Positions 13,285-25,303 of a stretch of DNA of 64,000 nucleotides are shown one piece after another. Made by a program: the position numbers and the translations under genes. The notes beneath the pieces were generated by a model. The model saw only the letters and a list, made by a program, of their open reading frames with translations. It was not told the origin of the DNA and ran no database searches. The DNA is taken from positions 75,208,001 to 75,272,000 of the forward strand of contig NC_087436.1 in assembly GCF_036321535.1 (NCBI RefSeq). Direction: 5' to 3'. This DNA comes from Camelus dromedarius. Taxonomy: Eukaryota. How positions within the stretch are numbered: position 1 is the stretch's first letter; the number at the start of each line of letters is the position of its first letter.

Positions 13285-14660
13285 GAAGTTCTAGTTCCAA
13301 GTGAGATGGTGTAATAATCACATGACACCCTATCTCTCTCAATGAGTGCTGCTATTATAAAACCTGGATGAAATTCACAGAGCAGCTATTTAAGACTCTG
13401 AAAAGTAAATAGTAGCAGGCGAATTAGGGAAGACCAGAATTTGAAATACTACCAAACTGGTGGCGAGTTTGCCATTTTTCTGTTTGTGTTGTCACATGGC
13501 CTGGAAGAAAACCAGGAAGTGGACATCAGTGCTGGCAGAGAGGGTCCCGGGAGAGCTCTCGGAGAAGCTCTGTGCTTCAGACTTGGGAATCAGAGACCAC
13601 GGCAGTGACAGTGGGTGCAGAGGAGGACACAGGTATCTAATTGAAGAAGGGGGGGGGGGGCTTCCTTTCTGATGAGAGGATCTGTGGTCACGAGAGGTGG
13701 GGGCATATCACCTTTCTTTATTTTCTCTCTCTGTTCCCTGCCAGTTGGCCCTCACTGCAGGAACACTTGGAGAAAGTAAGAGGCAAAATAGGGTAAATAA
13801 AACCTCAGCTTTCTGGGCAGAGTGCCGAAAAGGAAAGCCCCAGGGAACTAGAAAATACTAGGGATATCAAGGAGAGGGGGAAACTTAGGAAAGGGACCTC
13901 ATAAAAATTATGTATTATTAACTCCTGAGGTTGAAATTAATGGAGGTGACAGAGGAGAGAGTCAGAGAACTTGAAGATCGATCATAAAAATTATTCAATC
14001 TGAAAAACAGAGATGAAAGATTGGAGGAAAAAAAGAGCATTAAGGCCCTATGGGACAATAACAAAGATCTAAGTTTCATATCATTGATGTCTCAGAAGGA
14101 GAAGAGGAAGTATTGTGCAGAAAATTACACAACATTGTAAATCAGCTATATTTTAATTAAAAAAAATAATGGCAAGATTACAGAAAAACTCTCATACATT
14201 GATGGTAGGGATACAAAATAGTACAGCTTTTCTAGACAGTTTGCTATTGTCTTATAAAGCTAAACATACATTTACTAGTATGGCCCACCAATTTTACTCC
14301 TATAGAGTTGAAACATTTAAAGTCAAATCAAAAGTTACTGTTCACACAAATATCTGGACACAAATATTTATAGGAACTATATTGATAATCATCAGAAGAT
14401 GAAAAACCGAGCTATCGTTCTGTGTGTGAATGGTGTTTTAAAAAACTCCTCTGGTACATCCATATAATGGAATACTACTCAGTGATGAAAAGAGTATAAA
14501 CTGTAGATCAACGCAACAACTTAGGACACTCTCAAAAGGTTACGTACTCTAACCTGAGTGAGAGTAATCTCAAAATGTTATATACTGGAACAACATAATT
14601 AGTTTGCTAGGATGCATGGTGCTGGTGTTGGTGAGGGTGTGGAGGTTTGTGTCTATCCCT
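13285..14660 (+). mobile_element. Old L1 5' UTR and ORF1 start, then a very short young L1 tail (~14125-14167) and an L1ME-like 3' part
   Basis: ORF1-like gtcagagaacttgaagatcgatcataaaaattattcaatctgaa. Tail acacaacattgtaaatcagctatattttaattaaaaaaaa. 3' part tggtacatccatataatggaatactactcag. Confidence 0.75.
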
Positions 14661-14949
14661 CAATACCAATTGTGAGAATGATTTTTATTTTGTTTCAAGG
14701 AAATGTAAAGAAATAAGGTATGCCTTGTCATTTACAGCATCTTAATGGACTGGTTTTGTAATTTAAAATTTCTAAAGTTAAACTAGTTTTTAAATGAGTA
14801 AGTAATAACATGCAAATAGTAAAATATTTGAAAAATACTGATAGCATAAGTAAGAATAAAAAATTATTTAAAAATTGCCATTGGTAGATTTTAGTGCTTT
14901 TTCACTACTGTTCTTTCTCTGTGCTTTTTTTTTTCCTTCTTCTTGGTAT

Positions 14950-15110
14950 AGAGTAGAAACCTTATTCATTGATCATGGAATGGAGAAGGGAAGGCTTAAG
15001 CCCTAAAAACACCTTCTCCCTGAGGGGAGGGAAGTAAATGAATTTTAAGGAGGCAGGCAGGTCATTAGGGCTCTAGGAAAGGGGAGAAGATTGCCAAGGG
15101 AACTATCCAT
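14950..15110 (-). mobile_element. Probable ERV LTR fragment
   Basis: ccttattcattgatcatggaatggagaaggg...accttctccc resembles an antisense LTR R/U5 end and interrupts an AT-rich L1-like stretch. Confidence 0.4.
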
Positions 15111-16409
15111 GTGTTTTTTTGTTTAGGTAATTGCTAGCATACTATATATTGAGTTTTGTATTTTTTTTCCTTAAATACTTTGTCTTGAATATTTTCCCAA
15201 ATCATTAAAATTCGTGCAAAGTATTATTTTAATATCAAGCTGTATCATGTGGATATATCATAATTTATATAACCTTAGTCCTTTTTTGGGACATTCATAG
15301 ATTGTTTCTAATATCTGATTATTATAAATATCATTCCTGTGAACACAAATTCACAACTCATATGCACAGACTAGTCTGTGTATAAATGTGCAACTTTTTG
15401 TTGAAAAGTCTGAATTTAGTGGGGTATGAACATGAAGTAGTCTTCTCCATTCCCTGATTCCAAAGTGTGCAGTGTATGATTTGTCTTCTATGTTATGCAC
15501 AGGCATATTAGGTGGTTCTCATAATTCCGGTAACTGTCAGTAATTAAAAGTGCAGCCTGATCCGATTCAAAACTCCAGTCTCATATCCAAAGATTTTCCT
15601 GTCCAGTTTGGAACCAGGCATTTGTGGCTTGTGATCTGAAGTGGGGAGGTCTTATTATGGTTTCATTTACACCTTCTCCCACTCTAGACCATAGAATGCT
15701 GCAATGAAATGATTCCGTTCTAAATACCTCACCCCAATCCCTGTTCCAGGCTTAACCCCTCTGCTTAACCAAGGGAATAAGGGAGAAGAGGCAGCTGCCC
15801 CTCCTTATCTGCCCACATCTATGGTCCCCTCTTCGGTTGTTGATGCTTCTCTGGCCAGCTGTTATTTGATGTCCTTTAAGCATATGTTCAACCAGCCAGT
15901 CTCGTCTGTTGGCGGGGACCCCAGTCTCAACACAGGAGCCTCTTGGAGCCTTCCTCTTGGCCTTCTTCTACTTAGGAGGGTTGTTAATTATGGTGAGAAC
16001 TTTTTGGTGGCCTTAATTGTTGGCATCTTTCTTTAAAATATAGGGTACTAAGTGGCTCTTTTGTTTTTAGATTTAGGCCCTGGTCATCAGTCCTGAAGAA
16101 ACTTCCAGAAAAGCCCCATGTAACACCTTGTTTCAAGTGCATATTTTAATTTTATGACATGGTTGACAACGATTGCTAAGCATTTTCCTACTTTTATTTT
16201 AAATGGTAGTAGAATTCTTAGCTTGACAAAACTTTTTTTTTTTGCCTCCTCTGCATAGTGGATGCATTATAGGATACCAAAGTCTATCGGTACCCAACAA
16301 AGCTTTCTGTTAAACAAAACAAAACAAAAATCTTTTATGCTCAAGCAAAAATTAATGATTACTTTTGCCCATTCATTTTCTCAGACATCCTTTGGTCTAT
16401 CTTCCAGAC

Positions 16410-16630
16410 CAGGGGTCTGCAAACTGTGGCCTATGGGCCACTTCCAGCTCTCCATCTGTTTTTGTAAGTAGAGTTTTGTTGGAACACAGCTGTAGTCATT
16501 CGTCTGTGTATTGTCTGTGACAACTTCTGCACCACCAGCAGAACTGAGTATTTGCAACAGTGACCGTTTAGCGGGCAAAGCCCAAAATGTTCACTGTCTG
16601 ACCATTTACAGAAAAGGTTTGCCAACTCTT
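16410..16630. mobile_element. MER58A-like hAT-Charlie DNA transposon
   Basis: caggggtctgcaaactgtggcc...gttttgttggaacacagc...aaagcccaaaatgttcactgtctgaccatttacagaaaaggtttgccaactcttg. Confidence 0.9.
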
Positions 16631-16841
16631 GTTTTACACCCATTCTTTAAAATTCTCTAAAACATAGACCAGTAATACCATTTGTCTGCTTAAAAGCATG
16701 AAGTAGCTTCTCATTGTTGACAGAATATATTCTAAAATCTTTAGCTTTACATTCAGATCTTTCTGTTGTGGAGTCTCAAATCATTATATGAAGTTCAAGT
16801 TCAGTACTTCCTGTTATTTTTAGTAATGCAACTTGAAGTCT

Positions 16842-17180
16842 AGAGTTATAAATTGGCAGCCTACAGGCTGAATTTGGTCCCCAGACTTGTTTCATTGAAT
16901 CAGCATTTAAAAACTGGATGATATCACATAGAAATTTAGATTTCTAGTTATTCTTGACAAGTCAAGAGTTCTGATAAAACTGCCCCCAAAGCCTTCAGTG
17001 TAACATTCTGTTAGTGCTGAATGACTTCTGCCCCCTTCCTCTGGAGCAGTGCTCTCCACGTCTGCACAGCTTGTGCCCTGCAGGTCCTGTGTGCATATGC
17101 ACTCATAGCCAGTCCTCTTCAATCATGTGTGTTTTTACCTGCTCTGGCCACAGTAGGTATTTGAGTTTGCAGCCCTGGGT
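16842..17180. mobile_element. MER102-like hAT DNA transposon
   Basis: aattggcagcctacaggctgaatttggtccccagac...cacatagaaatttagatttctag...ggtatttgagtttgcagccctg. Confidence 0.75.
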
Positions 17181-17189
17181 CTAGGTAAA

Positions 17190-17525
17190 GTGAGCTGCCT
17201 CATGGTCATCTGATCCATCTGTTCTCACATTACCTCATGTTGCTCCTTCTGCCTAGAATATCCTCTTTGTCCTTCAAAACTTTTCATCCTGTAAGACTCA
17301 GTTTAAATATCGTCTTTTGAAGCCTTCCCTGTCAAAATCAATCACTTCTTCCTCTACCCTTGTGGCACTTTGTTCATACAATTAAGAGTGGCACCTGTCA
17401 TGTATTTTAGTGACCAGATGGTAAGCTCCTTGACTGTAAGGTTTATATCTTACTCATCTTTCTGTTCCTAGTCCCCAGCATGTTTCTTGACAAAGAGTGC
17501 AGGCCAAGTCAATGTTGCTAAATGG
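17190..17525 (+). mobile_element. L2 3' region
   Basis: tgctccttctgcctagaatatcct...gaagccttccctg...gtaagctccttgac...cctagtccccagcat. Confidence 0.75.
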
Positions 17526-17689
17526 TATACTGTTAACATCTAAAAACTGGGAAGGTAGAACAGGATTCATTAGACAGGAAGAAAAATTCATATTTTTCTC
17601 ACTTAAATGTATATTCTTTTCCTTTCAGTATTTCACGTAGTTTCCTCTTTTTGTTCCCTTAGTTTATAACAAACTTGTTTATATATTCC

Positions 17690-18035
17690 AGAAACTGATA
17701 ACTTCAGTTTTCGTAAGGATTACCAACACTTACCAGCCATGTCCAGAGTCACAAGCTAGTAAGTGGTGGAAATGGAGTTCAAAGTCACATTTCTCTGCTT
17801 TTAGAGCTCCTTCACATAGCTCCTGGGCCACTCCTTACCATGTGTGTGCTTTTGAATAAGTTACAAAGTTTTCTAAGTTCTCAGTTTCTAACTGTAAAAG
17901 AGGAATGGTAATGGTACCCATCTTCAGGATACTTGGGAAAAATGAATGAGAATGTCCTTGTAATGCTTAGAACAGAGTTTGGCTTAGAGTAAGTGCCCAA
18001 TAATAGAGCTGCTCAGTCTATTATTATTGCCATTG
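17690..18035. mobile_element. Two adjacent MIR fragments in opposite orientations
   Basis: Minus: gtcacaagctagtaagtggtggaaatggagttcaaa. Plus: ctcagtttctaactgtaaaagaggaatggtaatggtacc...taagtgcccaataa. Confidence 0.75.
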
Positions 18036-18554
18036 TTACCAGACTGTCTTCCTTTTTTTGGTTTAAACTGTTAGGAGTCAAGGGAATTAGAAGTATTGGC
18101 CCATATGTAGAAACCATATGTCAGACCACCCTTTATATACTCTAAGAACACTGCATTTGGAAGAGATTTTGGAGGTCAGATGTTCTAACAAGTGCTTATC
18201 CAAAGCAGCAGTTCTCTCTGCAGTTTCCAGTTAGAGATAAGCAGTCATCTAGAGGCTGTTAGAACATGTACAGTGACAGAAGCTGGCCACTTTAGGAGGA
18301 ACATGTGATTGTTTAAAAATTACACACACATACTTTGCTTTTCTTTTTTAGTTCTGTCCTCTGTAAAATGTACACAGTTAAGTTGAATCCTTTTTCCGCA
18401 CTGCTGTCCTTAGTCCTTCGATGTATTTGAGCGGACTTACATCAACACTGATGGCTCTCACAGTGTGGCCCAGGGATCTCTTCTATCTGGGACGCTTTCA
18501 TCAGGAGCCCTTCTTCTCTCTTCCCCTTCTTTTAAAAGATCTAAGAATTCTTGA

Positions 18555-18727
18555 AGACCCTAAAAGTGTAGGCTAAAATTTTTGTGTGCCTGTGTGCATT
18601 TTTCTAGAATGAGGTTTGATAACCTGAAAAAGGTTTAAGAATCACTGTCTTAGACACTCTAATGGTAACGGCTTGTCCTGCTTATGTCCACATCTGAAAG
18701 GGACAAGAAGTGGTTAAGAACCACTGT
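18555..18727. mobile_element. MER103-like DNA transposon remnants
   Basis: aaaatttttgtgtgcctgtgtgcatttttctag...aaaaaggtttaagaatcactg, with a second end ggttaagaaccactg. Confidence 0.55.
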
Positions 18728-21117
18728 TTTTTAAGTTTTCTCATAATGATAGAAAGTGATTGAAGACAAAGATTAGGGATCTTTGAAAGAGAATTCGTGG
18801 AAAGAGGAAAATCTGAGTTAAAACAAAGAGAGTTCACCTGTATCCACTGAGCCACACCCTGACATCTTTCGGAAGTCTTCCATCTAGTCTGCTTAGGGAA
18901 TTATTTTTGACATAATATGAATGTTAAGCAGAAGGGAGGATTCAGTATGTCAGTCTTAAAAAACATTTATACTACAGAACAGGGAGTAACTATAATGCCC
19001 TGCAGTGGACAATCACTGTAGCTAAATTTAGATAGTATTGTGACTGTTATATATTCAAATATACTTATGAGTGTATACACAAACAGTGTTTTAGTTCAGT
19101 ATCCCCTTCAAGGTTAACCCATTCCCTCCCCCCAAATGTTTTCCCCTGCTGTACAAAGTCTTATGCTCTGCTGTTGAGAATCTAAAAGACAGTATAGCCA
19201 CAAATGGTCCTTCTGATCTTTGTGAGACCATAAAATATTATGACATGGAAAAGCACGGTTGGAAGAGCAGAGCAGCTGAGATACAGGCAGAGAAGCTTAT
19301 AAATGTTGCTTTCCCGAATTATTGCTGGGTCACTTTTGGCCCAAATAAATTTCCTATGCAAGTTTTGATAAAATGCATACATAAATGCATACATTTTTTT
19401 GTACATAGCTATCTTGTCATCAGTAGCCAATTGTGTAATTACAGTTATGCCCATAAAATATTAAACTTTTTCATAATTTTACATAATATCTAAAAGAGAA
19501 AGTAAAATGAGGTATTATGGCTATAAATATATTTTAAGATTCAGTAGAGGACACAGAGGTGCTAAAATTTGGACAGACGTGTAAACTATTTTTTAAAACA
19601 ATTTATTTTAAAACTTAATGAGATCATTGAAGACATTTGTTTGGCATTTCTAAAGCATATGTTAGCTTACTGTAGGACTGGCAGTGTAAGTGCAGAAAAG
19701 ATAGTTACAAAAATCTGAGAAGTTTAGTATGTACATTCTAACAGTACAGCTTGTAACTATTAAAAAAGATACATTGGACATCTTGCTTTTTCTTGTATCT
19801 ATTGCCTCTCAAATTTAAGGTGGGTATAGGTCTTTAACAAAGGGTAAAGGAACTCCCTAGAGTTGTGGTGGTTACTTCAGTTGATAATAGAAAGAAGGAC
19901 ATTTTGAAGTAAAGTGGAAAATTAAGAAAGGAATGAAAGGACACATGTTGATTGGTACTCTTAGTGTTTTGTTTTCTTTTGTTTATTTTCTTTTTTAACA
20001 TAGCAAATGTTAGGTGCATTGTCCATGTATGGTGAACCACTTGCTTCAGTGCAAATTAAAGTCTGTAAGGTCTGTGGATTTAATAAGACGAACTAAACAT
20101 TTCTTTCTTTATTGATTTTTCCTTTGAAAACTCCTACTTGTGGATTGGCATAAAGTAAAAATTCCTCAAGTAACATCCACACCGTCTCATTTAGGGTGTG
20201 GTATTGCATCATGCCCAGGCGAGAGTCGAATACATGCTGTCTGATGATGAGCACAGGTTTTTGTAGGAGAAATTCTCTTTATGCTTATGCACCACATTTC
20301 TTACTGTGGTCTCAAGAGTCATTGGAAAATAGAATTCTTGTTTGAACTTGAACTCTTACTGTGTAATTTTTGTCAGTAACACTGTTATAAGTTTTATGTG
20401 ATTTTTTAAAAATTGATTCATTTGGCAAAGTGCAGAATCCTGTAAACATTGGAATGTAATATAACTGATTTTAGCTGATATATTTAAGAATAACATGCAT
20501 TGAATTTGAATGATAAGCACAAGGCCTTTCCAAAGATGTGTGCTGGGTTTGGGGGTTTTATGAATGGGGTTCATTCACTATGTGTTTACTTACTGTGGTT
20601 TTCACTAAGTAGCAGGATAATTGTTATTACAGAGTTAGAGTGTTAGCGTTAACATCTTGAAAATGTCTCTTTGTGAGACGTGTTAGCTGAATGTGTGTAG
20701 TCAAGTAGTTTTATTTTGGACTTGGGAAAGCAGTAACTTCTAAACATTTTCTTAGTTTCTTTTAAAAAATAAATCAACAAATAACTTCAAGGGAAAATAT
20801 TACGAATTCCTTGGGGGTGATGATGTGGGGAGGATGCAGGTAGGGTGTGTATTCTGCCCCAGGATGTGCTTTGGGGAAATCCTTGAATTTCAAGTAGAAC
20901 AACTTCAAAACACTTTTCTATATGTTCTAAAAAGTCATTAAGTCTTGACATGTAAAGACACGTGAATGTAGCATTCTAAAAGAAGAGTAATTGAAGTTCT
21001 TTTCTTTCACAGTGGAGTCTCTTAATAGATGATGTGCTTTAGTTGAATTTTGAAAAAAAAACCTGCCTGGAGTAAGTACTGATACAGCTACCAAAACTTG
21101 TAATATCATCCTCTTGA

Positions 21118-21270
<153 letters not shown>

Positions 21271-22209
21271 TGATACGTGAAAAATGTAAAATATTAAGAA
21301 AACTATCCAGTTAACATGCAACTACAGTAACAATGAAATTTCCAGGGATTAAAGAAATAAAATTTATTTCTCCAAAGGATTCCTAATTAACTTATTAACA
21401 AGTTGTAGTTATTTAGACAGGAGAGCTCTTTAACATTAATAAGGAATGCATCCTAAAGCCTTTGTAAATTCCCACATTATTTCTACCATTAAATGTAATA
21501 AAGTCTGAAAGAAAACTGTAACTGATTGCCTTAAACTTACAGTGGTGTTTAAGTAGAAGCTAAAATCATTTATGAGATAAATGCTGTTTTGAAGCCAGAC
21601 CATTTACTTTGTCACTGGTACTAGTGATTGGCTTCTTTAACCTTACTTATTTTAGAAAGGAAACAAGGTTTTTCATTATGTCATGAGAATCACTCTTTAT
21701 ATACTGAGTAATTCACAGAGAACAGTGAAACTTGGTCAAGATGTGGAAGCTGGGTCAGGCCAGGAACACGTCTAGTACCCACTGCATTACCTGCCACGCA
21801 CAGGCCTTCCTCAGGCAAACGTGTTCTCTCGTGGCTGGTTGAAGCCACGCGAGAGTCCATTACCCTCAACTGACTGTGCACTTACAGGTTTGCCATTATA
21901 GGATAGGGATCAGTTATGTTTAGTTTTATAATCCAAGTATATAATTAAAACACAGCCTTAAGCTATAAGCTATTTTTAACCTTCTTTTGGAGTTAAACAC
22001 ACTGGTGAATAAACACCTCATTTGTTATATCTTCTTGCCATATCTTGCCTAGATATGACCATAATATTAGTGATTATACGTGTATGGATTCTTAAATTTT
22101 ATGGAGAACTTTGATTGCAGCATAGGATCCTCTGAGCCTATAGCAGGAGTAGAATGATGGACAGTAAATCTCTACAAGCAATTTAGTTATCCTCTCTTTC
22201 CCACTTATC

Positions 22210-22291
22210 TTTTTTTTTTTTTTTAAATGGAAGTGCTGGGGATTGAACCCAAGACCTCATGCATTCTAAGCAGGTACTCTACCCACCCCCC
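22210..22291 (-). mobile_element. tRNA-derived SINE resembling camelid vic-1, in the last MRPL1 intron
   Basis: Reverse complement reads GGGGGGTGGGTAGAGTACCTGCTTAGAATGCATGAGGTCTTGGGTTCAATCCCCAGCACTTCCATTT(A)15. B-box GGTTCAATCCC present; imperfect TSD ctttcccactt / ctttgccattt. Confidence 0.85.
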
Positions 22292-22760
22292 TTTGCCATT
22301 TTTAATGAGGTCCCTTAACACTGTTCTTATGAAAAGCCTTTTGATTTTTAAGGAATTTTACTAAATGTTTGGTAACACAGAGGTAGCATCTGTGCTGGCT
22401 GTTTTAAATAAATATTTAGCATCTTGTCACCAAATGTAAATATCACCACCTGCTCCCTTCACTGTTGACTTGGCAATAAAATAAATTTTAGGTGATCACC
22501 TTCTGGAAGAGAGCAATGAATTATTAGTAAATACGTGTAGTTTCAGTGATAAATGTCTAACGTTCTAGAGTACAGCTTGTTTGACTTCTACTCTAGAAAT
22601 TAAATGGTCTTCCATTTGTTATAATTCAAAATAATAGTTCAGTTATATGAGTACTTTTCAAGTGAAAATATATGAGACCTTATAGTTTCTTGTTTTATGT
22701 TTGCATTTGCTCATTAGGTATCTCTGTCAAATAAAATGAGAATTGATTCTTTGTTTTCAG

Positions 22761-22870
22761 GACCCTTTGTGGTACGTGCTTTCCTTCGAAGTTCAACAAG
22801 TGAAGGTTTGTTACTAAAGATCGAGCCGTTGTTGCCTAAAGAAGTAGAAACCAAAGAAAGTAACACATAA
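22761..22870 (+). CDS. MRPL1: MRPL1 last coding exon, (G)[35 protein letters not shown]
   Basis: Acceptor ttctttgttttcag ends at 22760. The phase-1 join G|GA gives Gly and keeps frame with the previous exon. Stop TAA at 22868-22870. Matches the recalled MRPL1 C-terminus ([29 protein letters not shown]). Confidence 0.96.
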
Positions 22871-23065
22871 GCTGCCTAAATGTGTTGCATTGTGAAATTA
22901 TTTTCAGTGGATCAAGAAGCAACAAAGAAAATTATAAAACTATAATTTCTATGTTTTGTGTCTTGTTATTTCTTGATCATCATACTTGAAAGTGAATTTT
23001 AACACTGGGAAATCTTACAGTGCTTTCAAAAATAAGAAAATAAAATTTACTGTGTCTGAACCTAC
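22871..23065 (+). other. MRPL1: MRPL1 3' UTR (end approximate)
   Basis: Non-repeat AT-rich sequence between the stop codon and the first downstream AATAAA; the cleavage site is inferred about 15-25 nt past the signal. Confidence 0.7.
23039..23044 (+). terminator. Polyadenylation signal AATAAA of MRPL1
   Basis: First canonical AATAAA after the stop codon, about 170 nt downstream. Confidence 0.75.
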
Positions 23066-23989
23066 CTTTTAGATCCTGTTAAATTTTCTTCATGGAATTC
23101 AGATTCTACATGCTGATAATTATAGCAGCAATTTCTAGCTTAATAACTTTCCCTTGAGAGCCATACCATCTGAGGGAAAAGTAACATCCTCAATTCCCAT
23201 AAGACAGAGAATAGCAGGAATCATGAGCTATGTCACAAGTATGACTATTTTCTAAAGAAAAATGTGGAAAATGTTCATTCTAAAAAATTCTACCTGTCAT
23301 TTGTGATAGCATGAATATAGAAAATGACTAAGTCATTAAAACTGGTGGTGGGAAATCTTGTTTTTCTCTTAGGAATCAATTAATAGTATTTATATTTTTT
23401 GTAATAGCAATAGTGTATATTTTAATGGTGCTTTGCACAAGGCACTGTGTATAGTGATTTCATATACTTCATTTGATCCTGAATTCCTCTGCTTAATAAC
23501 AACTTGTCAGTGTTTGCTGAATGAATATCCAATGAGATAGATAAAACAGCTTAACTTATTGATGAAGAATCAGGCTAAGTTCAAGTGCCAGTTTGCAATC
23601 TGGTGTTGGTCCTTAAGTGTTCACTGGTATGTGACAAAATGAAAAAAGTAAGGATAATTTTGGCATGCAGTTGCCCACTGTCCTTTCTTGGGAATGATTT
23701 CCGTTACTCTGAGACTTCTTCCACTTTTTTGGGGATGTTCAAGGGCTTTTTCTTGTATGAAATAATAGTGCTGATAAATTTGTTGGTAGATTTTAATAAA
23801 ACTTTATAAAGATATTTTGATGGCTCCATGTAGGTCTCTCAATTGTTTATGAAATTTCAGTGGTCTGAGAAGTCTAAATGACTGTAAATAACCATTGTAC
23901 TCCACTAAGCTTTTTTCCCCACAGGAAAATTAAAATTCAAAACTATTTACTAAAAACCACTGTAAAATTAACTACAAAGCAGTAACCGC

Positions 23990-24195
23990 AGTTACCTTAT
24001 AGTGAGTGTCTACCACTGTCTTATGCTTCATATGCGTCCTCTAATTTTACCCTCACAAAGATTCAGTGAGGAGGGTGGTACTCCCATTTTATAGATAAGG
24101 AAATTGAAACTTGTGTGAGGTCCCTTAAATGGCAAACTAAGATTCAAACCTACATTTGTCTGATTTTAAAGCCTCTTCTCTTAATCATTAGGCTA
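23990..24195 (-). mobile_element. MIR SINE
   Basis: ctcccattttatagataaggaaattgaaact...gattcaaacctacatttgtctgattttaaagcc. Confidence 0.8.
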
Positions 24196-25303
24196 TTTTA
24201 CCTCCTTTTTATATATTCTAAGATAAATTAAACTGTTGAACTGAACAGTTTAGAAAATTTTAAATATTGAATAATTACACTTCAGTTTCTTGGTATGTCT
24301 AGTTATATGGGGTTCTGGCATAACTTGATGTCAAGAAAGTAGAAATAAAAGGGTTGGAGGAATGGGATGAGAAAAGAGCAGAAAAAATATCTACTTGTTT
24401 CCCACAGTTTCGGTCTTCTGAAAGTGCACTGATTAATTGTTATTTAAAGAGCCTAATTCAAAGAGTAGAAACTTATTGTGTTCATAGATTTTCTTCCGAT
24501 TAATAGAATAAGTATACTCTTACTAAAAATTTTAGAAACACTAATAAATATAAAAAAGTAAATCACTCAGAATCCTACTGCTCAGATAACCAGTATTAAT
24601 GTTTTGGTATTTTCCATTATCTTTTTTCAATTGACAGACAGAGACAGAGAGAGATACAGAGAAACAGAGAGAACATGCACACACATGATGTTATAAAGTA
24701 AGCATTTCCCTATATTATTTAAAATCTCATATGAAAAGCATTACTTTAATGGCTGAGCAATATTTCATCCTGTTGATGCTCTAATTTATGGAATTATTTC
24801 CCAGTTGTTGGGCATTTAACTTGTTTTCAGGTTCCACTCTGCCTTTGTTATTTACCATGCTTTGGAGAAAATACTTGAGCATAATTTTGTTTTCCTCTAG
24901 ATTTCTACAAGTGACATTCCTGAGTTAAAAGGTATGATGTGGCCAAAGGTATAAATTATGTCTTAGAAAGGTGCCTTTTTGAGCAGAACAAACCAGAACA
25001 AGGAAATATGGTTGGAAAACTTGCTCTGGGCAGGAACATTCCAGGGTCTTATTAACTGGTCTATGAATAAATTATTCCCTAACCTCCCATTAGAGCATTT
25101 TTCCTATTGGCTGACTAGAACTAATGTTGAGTGCTCCTAATAGTATGCTTCTGGAAAAATAGGAGAATTGCACTAGGTTACTCTTCATGTAAATCTCTTT
25201 CTCTTTTGTATTATTAATGTATTTTATTCTTTCTTAGAAAACAATAAATTAAAATCTTATAGTTAAAAAGAGTAAAAAGTTTAAAAATACATATTAAAAT
25301 ACT

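Noticed and set aside
13649..13660. G12 homopolymer as a G-quadruplex element
   Set aside because: A single run inside an old L1 5' region; most simply a slippage expansion.
20170..20340. Possible intronic C/D snoRNA (ATGATGA near 20244, nearby hairpin ccacacc...ggtgtgg)
   Set aside because: No suitably placed downstream CTGA D-box with a terminal stem.
22210..22291. tRNA gene
   Set aside because: The D-arm/A-box is missing and it has an A-tail, so it is a SINE rather than a tRNA.
22868..22879. Programmed stop-codon readthrough in MRPL1
   Set aside because: TAA followed by G is a strong termination context, unlike the leaky TGA-CTAG type. A stop-gain mutation explains the tandem stops more simply.
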